Notes: generated by a model from the sequence alone, not told the origin. A DNA stretch of 64,000 nt from Eledone cirrhosa (GCA_964016885.1 OZ024740.1:267344001-267408000), one strand, 5' to 3'; counted from the first letter of the stretch, positions 1-14,326 are shown. Made by a program: numbers and translations.

Positions 1-188
1 GCCAGCTTGAAAAGCAAATGTAAAATGATGATGATAATGAGGTTAAAAAAACTGCCCATTTTCCCATGTCTCTATACCTTGTCTATTCATCTGTTAAAAG
101 TTAATATCTTCAAGTTTAATTACTTCAAGAACTAATTACTTCATTAAAATACTCCATTGGCTAATCTCTTTCCCCAGAAAGTGCATGT

Positions 189-233
<45 letters not shown>

Positions 234-822
234 GTGTATATATGTATATATGTGTACATGTGTATGTGTGTGTGTGTGTGTGTGTGTTTGTGCACGCGTG
301 TGTATGTATGTTATTGGTAGAATCCAGAAATTTAGAAATAATTGCAGGATAATCAAATGATACATAAAATTATGATAAATATTTAAAATAAAAAAATAAA
401 AATTCTTTAATTGAAGCAAGAAATTGACACGTTTTTATATTAAAATGTTTTAACTCATTAAAAACTGGTTTGGTTTTAAATTAACTTAGAATTTAGTGAT
501 AACAAAGGAATCCAGTTGTTAAATATATATTTAAAATAATAAAATAAAACAAATATATCTTTAATATTAATTTAATATTATTTTAAAATGTCAGCATAGT
601 GGTGGCAGGGGAGTAAATTGTAAAGAGAGTGCACATAAAGTATGTAAAAAAAATGGCAAAAAATGGCAAAAAAAAAATCAGAATATAGTGTGGAATTTTA
701 GTAAATTACATGATAAACTAGTTTGAAAACTTTTTAATTATTTTATCCTGAAATTCATATGAATAAAAAATGAACTCAATATAAGAATCAGGAAAAAAAA
801 AACTAAGAAGAATTGGGAACAA

Positions 823-1011
823 TAATTGTTTCTACTTTTGGCACAAGCCAAGCAATTACCCAGTACATTACTGGTACTTTATTTTATCAACTCCGTAAGG
901 ATGAAAGGCAAAGTTGACCTCGGCAGGATTTGAACTCAGAATGGAAAGGGCCGTAATTCTATATGTCAAAAGCATGACGTCCGACCCTCTACCGATACTG
1001 CCAATCCACCG
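823..1011 (-). mobile_element. tRNA-derived SINE family A (Nin/Deu-like central domain)
   Basis: Reverse-complement head with A box TGGCAGTATCGG and B box GTTCAAATCC; body GCCTTTCATCC..GATAAAATAAAGTACCAG. Confidence 0.8.
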
Positions 1012-2659
1012 GGGAACAATAATATGTGAACTAGAGGGATTCAGAAATAGTTTGGTTAGGCATCGAAGAAGCAAGAATGTGACTTGTTGAGAAGAGTGAT
1101 GAAAATGAATGTGGAAGGAAGTAGAGAAAGACCAAGCAAGCTATGGTTTGAAATGATTTATGAGGAAATGAAAGTCAGAGGACTGATGAGGAGGGGTGGG
1201 GTCGATCTTAAAATCTTGTTTTCATAAAAAATTGAGACTTCAAAGATTTAAACTTTTCTGATACAAATTAGTATTCTGGAAAATATTCTATGTACAGAAA
1301 ATTCAACTTTCATGATGGTTAATATTTTAACATGAAGCATACAAAGAAAAATCTTTTAAAGGTTCAACTTTGGTCTTCATAGCTAGAATCAGATAATCCT
1401 TGGTTAAATTAGAGGAATGTTGGCTTAGAGGAATGTTGCAAAGAAATGATTCCATGTCACCTTCACCACATTTTTCTATCATACACAATGATATTTTCTC
1501 TCACCAAAGTGTTTTAAAAAGTTGTTTTGCTTTTAACATTGAGTTAAACTGTAGAATAAGACCAAACAAATACCAGCTTACCTAGTGTCTGATCAACTTA
1601 GTTTTTGCAAAATATATGATGCATCTTAACACTTACAGGCAAAGAAAAATATTATATTCTCGTACAATGGTTTTAATATTTTCATAAAGTCCCTTTAATG
1701 CAGCATATGTATCTGCCAAATTTGCCATTTTTCTAATGCAGTGATGCAAGAAAAAAAAAAGAAGAAAAAAATGCATTTATGATTGTTATGACTTAAAAAT
1801 TTGAAAAGTAGTTCAATGATTTTATTTCTTAAATTTTGCTTACATATATTGAAGCATGCAAAGCTATAGTCTAAATGCATTGAAATATCTAATATTGGAA
1901 TTAAATCCGTTCTTGTTTTCAAACTTTTAAATACTTATTCTTCATATAGCTATTCAGAATGTTACTAACAAAAGTAGATTAAAAATGGAGAGAAAATTCC
2001 CCCCCCCCCCCCCCCACTTTAGAAACATCTACTTAAATCTAATTCCATTGTATTTGAAAAATGAATAACAGAAGTTAAGGACAAATGCTGAGAATGAGTA
2101 TAAAGAAGTTGAGAAAATTTGATTAATGGAAGAAATAGGAAGAAAGCACTTTCCTATTTCTAAGTTTGAATATGCCATGACCCAATTTGATAAAATGGAA
2201 ATGATAGTTATTTCCAATTGTTAATTAGATGTAAAATATAAAATGAAAAGAAAAAATGAAAAAGTAACATTAAGATAAATAAAATATGTATTCGTTTATA
2301 TTGTGTCAAAATTATCAGTTACTAAATGTAAACACGATGTAGCATTGTACAAAATTCTTCCATACATTCATATATATATAAATATTGGAGTGGGAAGAAA
2401 TTATCAAAATATTATCTAGCTATACTCTGAAAGGTTTCTGAATGACTAAAACGAATAGAGGAGAAAATATCATTTTCTATTGTTATAAACCAAAAGATGA
2501 AGTGATGTAAATAATTCTTAGAATAAGTTTGAAAGCCTGGTGACAAAACATATTTGCAAGAATACAATTAATTGTCTTTTATAGAAGAGTGGTGAATACA
2601 TAAGATATGAAGTAAAAATTCAGGCTACTGCAATTGAAAGTACTTCTGAACAACATTTC

Positions 2660-3420
2660 TTCTTCTTCATCCACTTGTTCCTAGGAAGGTTGTGGAGGCA
2701 GAGTCCTCAAAAATGCATTCCAGTAGGTCCTGTCAGAAGCAACTGTCTCCAGTTGATCCAGCTGGATCCCCAAGTGAGACAAGCTGAACTCATATATGTT
2801 ATCTAACCATCTTGCTCAGGGTCTACCCCTGGGTCTCCTTCCAGTTGGTTTTGCCTGTAAAAACTGTCCAGCGATTCTTTCCTGAGACATTCTAACCTGT
2901 AGTATTTGAGCTGTGATCTTTCAATTGAGAGAGAAGTAGTGGCTCTGCTTGGAGCAACTCACTGATCTCTTTGTTACACAGGTTATTGAGTAATGTTACC
3001 CCAAAGACCCCTCGGAGGAACCCTATTTCATCAACTTGTATTTGCAATCATAATCATAGGTAAAGGTTGGCACACATACCAAATTGAAGATAGCAAGTTT
3101 GGCTTCTACACCTAACTCCCTTCCTTCCTCTGATGACTGAAAGATGTGGCTGGTGCATAACTGCACCAACTCCTGCATTCTTTCACTCTCCTGCCTTCCT
3201 GCCACTCATGAACATGACACAGAGAAACTTGAACTTCTCCACCTGCTTCAGTGGAACTCCACTCACATGTAGAGTGCACTGCACAGGCTTTCTTGGAAGG
3301 ATGAGTGTTTCAGTCTCCACAGCACTGATTTTTATTCCAGCCGTGCAGCACTCAGCATCAAACCTATCAAATGCATGTTGGAGATCACCTTCTGATGAGT
3401 TAAGTAATACCATGTTGTAT
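2660..3420 (-). mobile_element. Degraded RTE-like LINE 3' fragment (third family)
   Basis: DLQHAFDRFDAECCTAGIKIS..LKQVEKFKFL; downstream remnant of the RTE C-terminus; (GAA)n tail. Confidence 0.75.
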
Positions 3421-3449
3421 GAAAGTTCCAGCTGACTGATCCTACACCC

Positions 3450-3491
<42 letters not shown>

Positions 3492-3819
3492 GAGAAATTT
3501 CTCGAAACCAGAGACTGGCCTGAATGCTTTCAGCAGAGTGGACTCTGCTAAAGGCACCCAAGGATGACAGATTAAGTTGTTTACTCAAATGAGGTATGGC
3601 AACATTTGAACTTAGAAGCTGGGGAAAAAGCCAAAAAGGACTCTGACCAACATCTAATGCTACTCAACTTAGATCCTATGACTTCATTTATAATTGTAGA
3701 GATATTTTGTTAAATTCTTCTGTTTGTAGTCCTCCTCATTTTCTCATTTATACAAAAGAAAAAAAAGAGAAACTGTTTTCTTTACAAAGGACAAGACTAT
3801 ATATATACAGCAGTGACAT

Positions 3820-4400
3820 TTGGTCTAGTGTTGGATGATGAATGATGAAGATTGAAAGAACTGGAGATAAAAGACAGAAAATGAAGGAAGAAGAAAGAAG
3901 GAGTATGAAAGGAAGATGGAAGAAGAAAGACAGAGGAAGAAACTCGAAAAAAGGTTGGAAGATGTAGAAAATGGACCAAGACGAAAAATGGAAGAAAAAC
4001 ACAATAGAAACAAAAATATTGGGAGCAGTTTTCAAACAAAGCGCAAAACCAAATAATTAAAAATGGATAGAGCGAGTTAAAATAAAACATTCTGCTTAAA
4101 TGAACTTGTTAGTTTTTGCAGATTTTTCTGATATTAATTCAGATACTCTTATTATATAGTGATACAGATCCAATGAACTGATATCTATGTCATAGTTATC
4201 CTATATTTGATGTTATCTGAAGCCAGAATAGCAATCCTTTATAAAGTTCCATCAATGGGGAAATCTTCTCAAAGAAGAAAAAATAATATATAACAATGTT
4301 GAGGTCACACCAAATTAGATCATGTTTAGACCATATCAAACTACATGATGTTTAAGTTATATCCAATTGATTTGTGTGTAGAAACATACCAGATATGAAT
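3820..4400 (+). pseudogene. Possible decayed BEL/Pao gag remnant
   Basis: E/K/R-rich coiled-coil-like stretch (LKELEIKD..MEEERQRKKLEKRLED), then WEQF..LNELV across frameshifts. Confidence 0.3.
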
Positions 4401-6197
4401 TCTATGGATTTCTTTTCAGAATTTAAAATTGTTACAATTTCTTCCAATCAACGAAATACTATGGAAAACAGACAAATAAATGAAAAGTCTCCAAAATTAA
4501 TAGGATTCAATTCATCTGGAAACTTCTATTACTAAAAAAGATTATTGAAAATAAAACAAACTCTTGAGATTAATTAAATTAAAACAAAGATTAGTTACCG
4601 GATAATGTATCTAAATATTCAACAAATAACATCAGATATTAAATCAATACTTCATAGCTTTAGTTGGTGGAGTTTTTCTTTTGTTTTATGGTAACAAACA
4701 GAAAAACTATCCACATTCTTATTTTTAAAAGTAGCTACAAGTTTTTCAGATGGTTTAAAAAAACAAAACGTTTTATTTTTTTTATAATCTGTTTGTCGTC
4801 TTGCAAACTTCATGCAGGTATTAACTTGTAAATAAGTATGTAATTCTACTGAAAATGCTAGAATACTTTGAAAGCTTTTAGTATGGACTAAATTAAATTT
4901 TGATATGTAATTATTTCTCCTTGGCCAAAAGAGTATAAAATCAAAGTGATGCTCTGAAGCTTGAACGATTGTATTAGATATAACTGTAGAAAAATATACA
5001 AATACTCAACTTCAATAATATATAATACCTCAATCAAATAACAAAAAATTGAAAGGAAATAAAAAAATAAAAATAAAGTAATTCAGGATAATAATAAGTA
5101 CAAGAAAAATATTTGTCTAGAGATCTGCTTTTATTAAATTACTAATTCCGTTGCATTGGTCCTAAATAATATATAATTTCAATTAATTATTATACTAACA
5201 CTAACATCACAGAGAATCAACTAAAGGATATTTTTCTTCTTCAAATAGTAACTAACATGAAAGGTGGTTAATAGATAACGTTAATTTTATGGTACATATA
5301 TTTTTTTCTCTCTCTTCGTTTTCTTTATTTTCTCTCAGATTGCACATTTAAGATTCCTGCTGTTACCATAGTAACAGATACAGATTTATGCTGCTGTTGC
5401 AGCTAGTTGCATCAGAGCAGCCACAAATATGGTCAATGATGAAAAGGTTTTCTAAAAGCTGTCAAGCTGCATCGTATATATATTTTCAGATCTGAATTCA
5501 AGCAAGAGAAAACAGTTTTGTGTTTGTTTTATATGAGGTAGGAGAGGTTTCTGAAGTGTATGGAGATAACAAATCTAGTATGTAATAACCAACTTAGATT
5601 AAAATGAAACATGATTTTTTGTATAGTGGGGTTTTATTTTGTTTTGATATAATATTTTCAGATTTGTCTTACTAGCAATAGATAACATCAACAAACATAT
5701 GAATTATATATAATTTTATTGTGTGGCAATATGTAATAACCAATTTAAATTTAACTGAAGAAACCCATCAAAGACAGAAAGTTTCTGTTAGAAGAAAAGA
5801 AATTATGAATCTAGTATCAACAAGGAGTAGGTAGGAATTTCATATGCTGCACTCATTTAATACTATGGATACACAAGTGATTCAATAAGATTACAGGTAG
5901 GCTGACAGAGAAGGAAATTGTATGTAGTAGACCCACAGGAGCAGTTAGCTGTATGAGTAAGCATGAAATGAATTTGTTCAAATGCACAAAAGGCTCCCAA
6001 GAAGTAATTGACAGCTTCTGTTGCTGAAGTGATATAATCAGCAATAGAAGTACTTGTTACCCAATAGCATTATGGATAGAATAAGAACAGAGTGAAACAA
6101 GTTCAGGGAGCTATTATCTTTGCTGGCAGGAAAGGGATTCTCTTTCTGAATGAAAGGCAGATTGTACAATGAGAGTGTATGAAGCATGATAATGATA

Positions 6198-6428
6198 TCT
6201 TTCTTTATTTGCCACAGGGGGCGTACAAAAATGGGATATTACAAGACGTGACGGCCGGGGGTTTTACATAAAATCTTTAACAATGATAAATAACAACTGA
6301 AATCCCCATTAGGGGGTGGGGGGTAACGCTACTGCGGGGTTGTTTTACACCTCATGGAGAGAACAACCCTCGACACCAGGAACACATTTTGTAGGTGTTC
6401 CTGTCTTCCCTCTGTTTATCTTCCTCAA
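6198..6428 (-). mobile_element. Tx1-like 3'UTR insertion with 17-bp target-site duplication
   Basis: GAAGCATGATAATGATA at 6181-6197 and 6429-6445. The end CCCTGTGGCAAATAAAGAAAGA matches the 11.6-kb terminus. Confidence 0.7.
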
Positions 6429-6600
6429 GAAGCATGATAATGATAGATATTGAAACATGGGCATTGAAAGCAGAGGATGTGTGATGACCATGCTCTGATG
6501 AATATGTAATATTAGAGGGGATGAATCATAGAGCTGAAATGAGATGTGAGAAAAACTGGGTATTGGAGGAATTTATTGTAATGTGTGTTGTGTTAACTTA

Positions 6601-6798
6601 TGAGGGTTAGCTGAAAAGTTCATAGACTGACTATGAAGGATTGATGCTAAAGCTGTGAAATCTTGCATGCATTAATTTCAACTCTTCTTATTAATAACTG
6701 CATTGTTTCTTTCCAGGGACTATGTTGAAAAATAAACGTCATTTGGTCATTCCATGAGAGTCTCTTGGTCAGCCTTTGAACTTTTCATCTGACCCTCA
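6601..6798. mobile_element. mariner-type MITE
   Basis: About 30-bp TIRs TGAGGGTTAGCTGAAAAGTTCATAGACTGAC / GTCAGCCTTTGAACTTTTCATCTGACCCTCA, with TA on the left. A second right end lies at 6940-6998. Confidence 0.7.
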
Positions 6799-7480
6799 TG
6801 TATACTTGGTGTGTGTATGAAAGCAACCTGTTTAGGGGTCAGAGTGTTTGGCTCATAATTGGATGGTAGTGACTTCGACTTCTGGTGGTATATTGTGTGC
6901 TTGAGCAAGACACTATTTCACATTGCTCCAGTTTACTTATTTGGTCGTTCCATGAGAGTATCTTGGTCTGCCAATGAAATTTTCAGACAACCCTCGTACC
7001 ACACAAAGTACAGTAGTCTGCACAACGTTATCATCATTATGAAAATTAATGTCATAGTGTTGTATTCTTTTTTCGTGTTGCATGAAGCTAAGATTATTTA
7101 TGACAACTACCAGTTTGATGTAGAACAGTTTTTATCATATGCTGCAAGGAAACACAAAAGTATGTAGGATGGAAAACTCTGCTGGAAGAGAGATATGTGA
7201 TATGTGAAGAATGACAGTTATGTAAAGAGGTGCTATGTAATACCCATGGAAAAGTTAAACCAAGGAAGACATAGAGAGAGGTCATTAAGGCTGATGGTGA
7301 GATTCTGAATCTCGTGAAGGAGATGACAAGGAATTGTAAAAGATTGGAAAATATCTGATCAATTCATGCAAGGATAGAAAAATAGATATATGATGAAGAA
7401 GATATATATGAAAAATATCCCCATAAAGTGTTAGAATTAAAGTCATGGCAGATGAATTTATTCTCCAAAAACAATCAATA

Positions 7481-7617
7481 AATAACTGTTTCTACTTTTG
7501 GCACAAGGCCAGCAATTATCCAGAGCATTACTGGTACTTTATTTTATCGACCCCGTAAGGATGAAAGGCAAAGTTAACCTCGGCGGGATTTGAACTCAGA
7601 ATGGCAAGGGCCGTAAT
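7481..7617 (-). mobile_element. SINE family A, partial
   Basis: Same body and B box; head truncated. Confidence 0.8.
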
Positions 7618-7647
7618 CAATAAATAACACCAGTAATACACTACACG

Positions 7648-7960
7648 AAGGTGCATGGCTTAGTGGTTAGAACATTGGGCTAGCAATCATGAGGTTGTGA
7701 GTTCGATTTCTGGACAAGGTGATGTGTTGTGTCCTTGAGCAAGACACTTTATTTCACATTGCTCCAGTTCACCCAGCTGTAGAAATGAGTTGCACCATTA
7801 CTGGTATCGGCCATTGTCTTTGCCTTGCACAAAATCAGTGGTGTGGAGAGGGGAGACTGGTATACATGGGCGCCTGTTGGTCTTCCACAAACAACCTTGC
7901 CTAGACTTGTGCCTCTAGGTGCAAATCCCATGGTCATTTATGACTGAAGGGGATCTTCTT
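7648..7960 (+). mobile_element. SINE family B relative with a different 3' half
   Basis: Same head and core, different tail (related to the reverse complement of 14545-14720). Other variants at 21238-21350 (+) and 33905-34199 (-). Confidence 0.7.
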
Positions 7961-8310
7961 CTTCAATATTTTACAATAAACAGCTGTTGGAAATAAAGGT
8001 TGAAAGTATATCTACTCTTCTCGTAAAAAAAAAAGCTTGCCTTAACACTATTGTTGCCCATCAGTGATTGGAAAAAAATAATATAAAAAGAAGTTCAACA
8101 AAGAACAAAATAAAAATAGTTCTATTCAGTTATTTTATGGACTTTTTTTTTACTGAATCTTTGTTAATGGTGTCTGAATCGCTTATTAAATTTGATATGG
8201 CAGTGTATGCATAATAAATCTATTTTCAAGTATTGTTTTTTTCCATACATAGCTCAAAATTTAAGTAGTTCACAACACTATAAATAGATACAGATATATT
8301 ATTAATAACA

Positions 8311-8943
8311 ATAATGGTTTCTAATATAGGCACAAGGCCAGCAATTTTGGGGGAGGGGAAGTTGATTAGATCAACCCCAGTGCATTACTGGTGCTTTATT
8401 TTATCAACCCTGTAAGGATGAAAGGTAAAGCTAACCTCAGCTGGATTTGAACTCAGAACGTAAAGAGCCGTAACTCTATTCCACTAAGCATGTTGTCTGA
8501 TGCTCCACCGATTCTGTCAATCCACCAGCCTTAATAATGGTTTCTGATTTAGGCACAAGGCTAACAACTTTTGGGGAGGGGAAAGTCAATTAAATCGACC
8601 CCAGTGCATGACTGGTACTTTATTTTATCGACTATGTAAGGATGAAAGGCAAAGCTAACCTTGGTGGGATTTGAACTCGGAAGATAAGGAACCATAACTA
8701 TATGTTGTAAAGCATGTTGTCTGATGCTCTACCGATGCTGCCTTTCTACCAATAATTGTTTCTACTTTAGGCACAAGGCCAGCAATTGCCCAGTGCATTA
8801 CTGGTACTTTATTTTATCGACCCCCGTAAGGATGAAAGGCAAAGTTAACCTCGGCAGGATTTGAACTCAGACCATAAAAGCCCGTAACTCTTTGCTGCAA
8901 AGCATGGTGTCCAACCCTCTACCGATACTGCCAATCCACCGCC
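8311..8943 (-). mobile_element. Three head-to-tail SINE family A copies
   Basis: Units start at about 8311, 8533 and 8751; each has GGATGAAAGG..GATTTGAACTC. Confidence 0.85.
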
Positions 8944-11190
8944 CTATAATACCAATAATAATAACAGTTATTAAAAACATTATAATCATTTCTAGCATAA
9001 AGTAATAGAAAACACATAGATACACACACACACAAAATTAAATAAAATAGAAACCAAACTAAAATAAATTAGACTAGACAGAAATGTTGTAATACATGTT
9101 GGTAGACACATTTGTAGATCTAAAATGTTTGAATTTGCACCTCTGTGACTACTACACACCTAGACAGACTAAACATATCCAATAGCTTAGTCGACTAGTT
9201 ACTGATAAGTATAGGCTCACTTTTATCCTCTGTCTGTTGTATATCTCATTCTCTCTCTCTTCCTCACCTCTTTCACTTTTCCTCTCCTCTCTTTCTATCT
9301 CTCTTCCTCTCCTCTCTCTCTATCTCTTGCCATTGCCCTTTCACTTTTTCCCCTTTTACTAATAATAAATATATATTGATAGCTACTAATGAATATTATT
9401 TAGCCAATGTGACCAATTAACAACAATAGCAGAAACCAACTGTTGATAAAGGAGGGTAGGAAAGAGAGATAAAGAAAGCGATAAAGAAAGAGAAAAAGAA
9501 GAGAACACTGTTCCCTCAGCACCATTATTGATTATCTTTAGAAATTCACAAATAAAAACTCATTGATCTCTATCTCATTCACTGACACTGTTTTTTTGTG
9601 TGTTGTGTTACTGCTTTTGGACTTTACTCTTTGCCTTTTAATCCATTTATATATTTAAATCTCCCGTATATATATATATTAGAATGAATCTATCTGTTGC
9701 TACTCAGAGTTTCACATACATGTGATCATACAATTGCACTAGTAGAAGCACTACTTGGTGAATAAAGCAATATATCTTATCTGCAGAGAACTGGTGCAGT
9801 CAATTCTTGTCTGGTCAAGGGTCAAGTTTGGTCAGATGGGAAATTATATAACAGACCAGAGATATGATTGTTGTGTGTGAGACTGCTGTGGTGTAAAGAT
9901 AAGCATCTGATCCAAACTAGCTTTCACACATGCAAATATCCATGGTTTACTGATACGATAAACAACAGAAAGTAGCTGACTTTTGGTTATTACAAATCTG
10001 AATTGAGTGATTTCCTTTACACTACAAAAAAATCTAGTTAGCCACAATGATATCGCTGGTTAGTAACATATTGGATCATGTTGCTATCCAAAGATCATAA
10101 ATGATAAACACTGAATAGCAGTTTATGAAGTTTTCAACTTACAATATATATTTATATGTATCATATATATCCAACAGTATGGCCAGAGTTCATGGGCTGG
10201 GACAGATAAAAGAATCAAGTACACACAGACACACACACACGTGTATGTATGGTAAAAAGTTAATAGATGTTTATGTTTTAAAAACTCTAGTGTCAATATA
10301 AGAATTTTGAAGCCATTGAAATGAAAACCAGTGAGCAGTAATTAATCTATACATAATATAAAAGAGAGATGTTTGTTGGTTGGTTTCTTTGCGCACCACA
10401 CAAAAATGAAAAGTAACAATTGTAAAGTAAGTACAGCAATGGAATAAGGGTATACGCAGGAAGGTTTATTGATAGTGATTTTATAACACAAAAGAAGAAG
10501 AAAAATATCCCAGGTATGGTAACCAATGTGACTGCTATTTCTAGCGGGTTGGGAATCAACCATAAGAGATTCTTTCTGCACGTTCGTAGTCAGTGATGAT
10601 CGTGTTTTGTGACAATCATCTATGATTCAAACACTGCTTTATACACACATACACACATTTATATTGTAAACCAAACAATGCATTTAATATAGACGTTTTC
10701 TCTTCTACCCGTTTTCCCTTATCTATTTACCTGGGTGAAACTGAGGAGCTCAGCTAGTCTATACTTAAAACCAAGAGTTATTTCTTCCTCAACGTTCAAT
10801 TGATCTAGACAAATGACAGATCAGTTGCACAACATGGCTGCAATAATGACTACTTATTGAACAGCTATCTGCCTCAAATAAACCTTCTTCTACCATAACT
10901 ATTATGTACTTAGATTAACCCCTAACATCAAACCACCAGGGCATGAAATATATTATTATTTTATAATTTTACTGGCTCATTTACTGCCTTGTGACCAAGC
11001 TGGAGTAAAACCTTTTAAAGTTTAGTTGATTACAGTACTTATTGTATTGACCCTGGAAAGATGAAAGCAAAGTGATCTAGATGGGAGTTGAAACTAGAAC
11101 CTAAAAGTACGTAAGAAATACCATATAGTATTTTGTCTAATGCTAAACAGACTTATCTCCCCTCTCTATAGCTATCTATCTATCTATCTA

Positions 11191-11660
11191 CGAAGGAGTG
11201 GCGGTTTTCCTTTGTGTGATAGCTATGGCGAAAGAGGTTGTATGGTGGACAAGGTTGAAAGGGCTGAGGTCAGACACCTTTCTCTCCGGCCAACAACTGA
11301 TTCTTTTTTTCAAATACCACTTTGGAAGAAGAATGAGGATGGAGAGAGAGGTGCTGTACCCCAGCAAGTTTTATGAAAGGTGGGTGAAAGTGGCGAGAAT
11401 GGCCCTCTATATCAGCCTGTAGGTTGAGGAAAAGAAGGAGGAGAGGAAAGGAGTACAAACTCTTCGTACTCCTGGAGATGAGGGTTGCACATTTTTTTTC
11501 GGGGGTATGTGTTACCCATATAAACTGTCTCCCTCTATTGGGGAAAATCGACTAACTTTTTAAATTCCATTTGTGATAACATTTTACACGTTTTTATTGT
11601 ATGTAAACTTCCCCCTTTGTATTTGTCCCCTTTTGTGCCCCTGTGGCTAATAAAGAAATA
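11191..11660 (+). mobile_element. Tx1/L1-like LINE 3' end
   Basis: VIAMAKEVVWWTRLK..FFKYH..MEREVL..FYERW resembles a Tx1 ORF2 C-terminus; 3'UTR ends CCCTGTGGCTAATAAAGAAA. Confidence 0.65.
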
Positions 11661-11806
11661 TATCTATATATCTTGAAGTATAAGTATAAGTTTGGTAGAA
11701 ATAGCCAAGGTTAAGAGCATTCAGTCCATAGAATGAGTTGAGTATAATTAGTTACAACAGTGATATATACAGGTACTTAAGCTTCGTTGGGTTATACACC
11801 GCAACT

Positions 11807-11866
<60 letters not shown>

Positions 11867-11933
11867 CACACACATATATATATATATACACACAGACACA
11901 CATATATATATATATACACACACATATATATAT

Positions 11934-11982
<49 letters not shown>

Positions 11983-12003
11983 TATATATATATACACACA
12001 TAC

Positions 12004-12676
12004 ATCATCATCATCATTTAAAGTCCATCTTCCACGCTAGCATGGGTTTGGACGGGAGTTTTCCCACTTGAGGCAAGATTGGGTGTCCTGCTCGTATAGG
12101 ACTGTCTGGCGGGTTTTCTACGGCTGGATGCCCTTCCTAACACCAACCACGTTTACAGTGTGGAACTCGGAGGGTTTTACCGTGTTACCTACACGGCCAC
12201 ATTACAGCGTGGACTGTCTGTTTTTTTGTTGTGACACCTACACGACTTCATTTGTTTCAGACTGGATGTTGTGATACCAACATAACTTCACATTTAAGGG
12301 GGTGGTGTGGATAGGTTGGGGGTAGTGGGACGGGGGTGTATTTTTGTTAAGAGGTGCCTACTGACTGTAGTAGGTTTCACTTTGTACTTAGGCAAGGCGG
12401 GTCTTCTGTATTACTGTGTAGAGCCAAAGATCTCGGTTCAGTGACATTGTCTTGGAGAGGTGTAAGTGTGTGAGGTCGGAATTTATCAAGTTGTCCCAGG
12501 TTTTTCTGGGTCTGGCTACTCCGTGGCTACTGTCTATTTTTATTGCCCTGCACTTTTTTATACAGCTGTCATCTTTCATGCGCATCACGTGACCTTACCA
12601 ACGTAGTCTTCTCTCGAGTAAACAACATCTGATCCCTCTTATTCCTAATTTCTCCCTTAGTTCGTTTATGCTTTGC
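12004..12676 (-). mobile_element. 5'-truncated RTE family 1 copy
   Basis: QSINELREKLGIRGIRCCLLERRLRW and MRMKDDSCIKKC; 3'UTR and tail. Confidence 0.9.
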
Positions 12677-13400
12677 AGACACACATATATATATATATAT
12701 ACACACACATATATATATAGATATATATACACACACACATATACATAGATATATACACACACACATATATAGATATATACACACACACACACATATATAT
12801 AGATATATACACACACACATATATATATAGATATATACACACACACACACACACATATATATATACACACACACACACACATATATATATACACAGACAC
12901 ACACATATATATAAATATATACACACACACATATATATATAGATATATATACACACATACATATACATAGATATATACACACATATATATAGATATATAC
13001 ACAGACACGCACATATATATACACACACACATATATATATATATACACACACACATATATATATACACACACATACACACACATATATATATACACACAC
13101 ATACACACATATATATACACACACACACATATATACACACACACATATATATATACACACACATATATATATACACACGCACACATCTCTATATATATAT
13201 ACACACACACACATATATATATATATATACACACACACATATATATACACACACACACACACATATATATAGATATATACACACACATATATATAGATAT
13301 ATACACACACACATATGTATATATATACACGCACACACATATGTATATATATACACATACACACAAACATATATATATATACACACACACATATATATAT
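12677..13400. repeat. Compound (TA)/(CA) microsatellite
   Basis: Seen directly. Confidence 0.95.
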
Positions 13401-13532
13401 AACGAAGGAAGAGGTGTGGTAAGGAACCAGATGAACCATAATGCACCAGAGTACTCAATACTTAGGGTAGTAGAGTGGGTAATAGGAAGGGCTATTTCTG
13501 TACTGAGCTCTGCCGTCGGGGTTAAACATTTT

Positions 13533-13576
<44 letters not shown>

Positions 13577-13627
13577 GGAAAATGTTTAACCACGACGGCA
13601 GAGCTTAAACTTTAATCTGTTATTTTA

Positions 13628-13658
<31 letters not shown>

Positions 13659-13810
13659 CGATATACTAACAAATAGAAACTATATTTATAAAACCATATT
13701 TATTTCATTATACATATTTCAAGGAAACCAAGTTAAATTATGGTGTGCTTTCATCAGATAAAATATAATATAGAGCAGTTTTATAAATAGATATTGACAT
13801 AAATAAATAT

Positions 13811-14157
13811 GGAGGCACATGGCTTAGTGGTTAGAGTATTGGCCTTGCAATCGAAAGGTTGTGAGTTCAATTCTCAGACCGGGTGATGTGTTGTTTCCTT
13901 GAGCAAGACACTTTATTTCACATTGCTCCAGTTTACTCAGCTGTAGAAATGAGATGATAGGAACCCCAGACTGGAGTCCCTATCATTCCACTGTAAAGTG
14001 GTATTGGAGGTGCCACGGCAAAAACCACCCAGCACTCACTGTAAATGAGGTTGGTGTTAGGAAGGGCATCCAGCTGTAGAAATCAAGCCAGAATCAGTTC
14101 CCGTCCCACCCTTGCAAGCAGGGAAAAGCGGACGCAAAATGATGATGATGATGATGA
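13811..14157 (+). mobile_element. tRNA-derived CORE-like SINE family B with RTE family 2 tail
   Basis: A box TGGCTTAGTGG, B box GTTCAATTC, CCTTGAGCAAGACACTT core; tail matches the RTE at 61.9 kb. Confidence 0.85.
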
Positions 14158-14326
14158 TACCCTTAAAGAATGCGACCATTACTGTTGGAAGCTCCCGGAT
14201 AGTGTATATATATATATATATATATCATATAGTGTATATATATATAGTGTATATATATATATATATATATATATATCATCATCATCATTTTACATACGCT
14301 TTTTCCTGCTTGCAAGGGTATTCTTT

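Larger units (their letters stand above)
6030..7400 (+). mobile_element. Old RTE fragment interrupted by nested insertions
   Basis: Pieces at about 6130-6197 (MKGRLY-like), 6446-6590 (ETWALKAED) and 7165-7400 (KPRKT, tail). Confidence 0.55.

Noticed and set aside
5300-5460. Polypyrimidine tract + AG (possible exon acceptor)
   Set aside because: No supported reading frame or donor; common by chance in AT-rich DNA.
13811-13885. tRNA-like sequence
   Set aside because: SINE head: it continues into the CORE-like body and LINE tail, is multi-copy, and has no proper acceptor stem.
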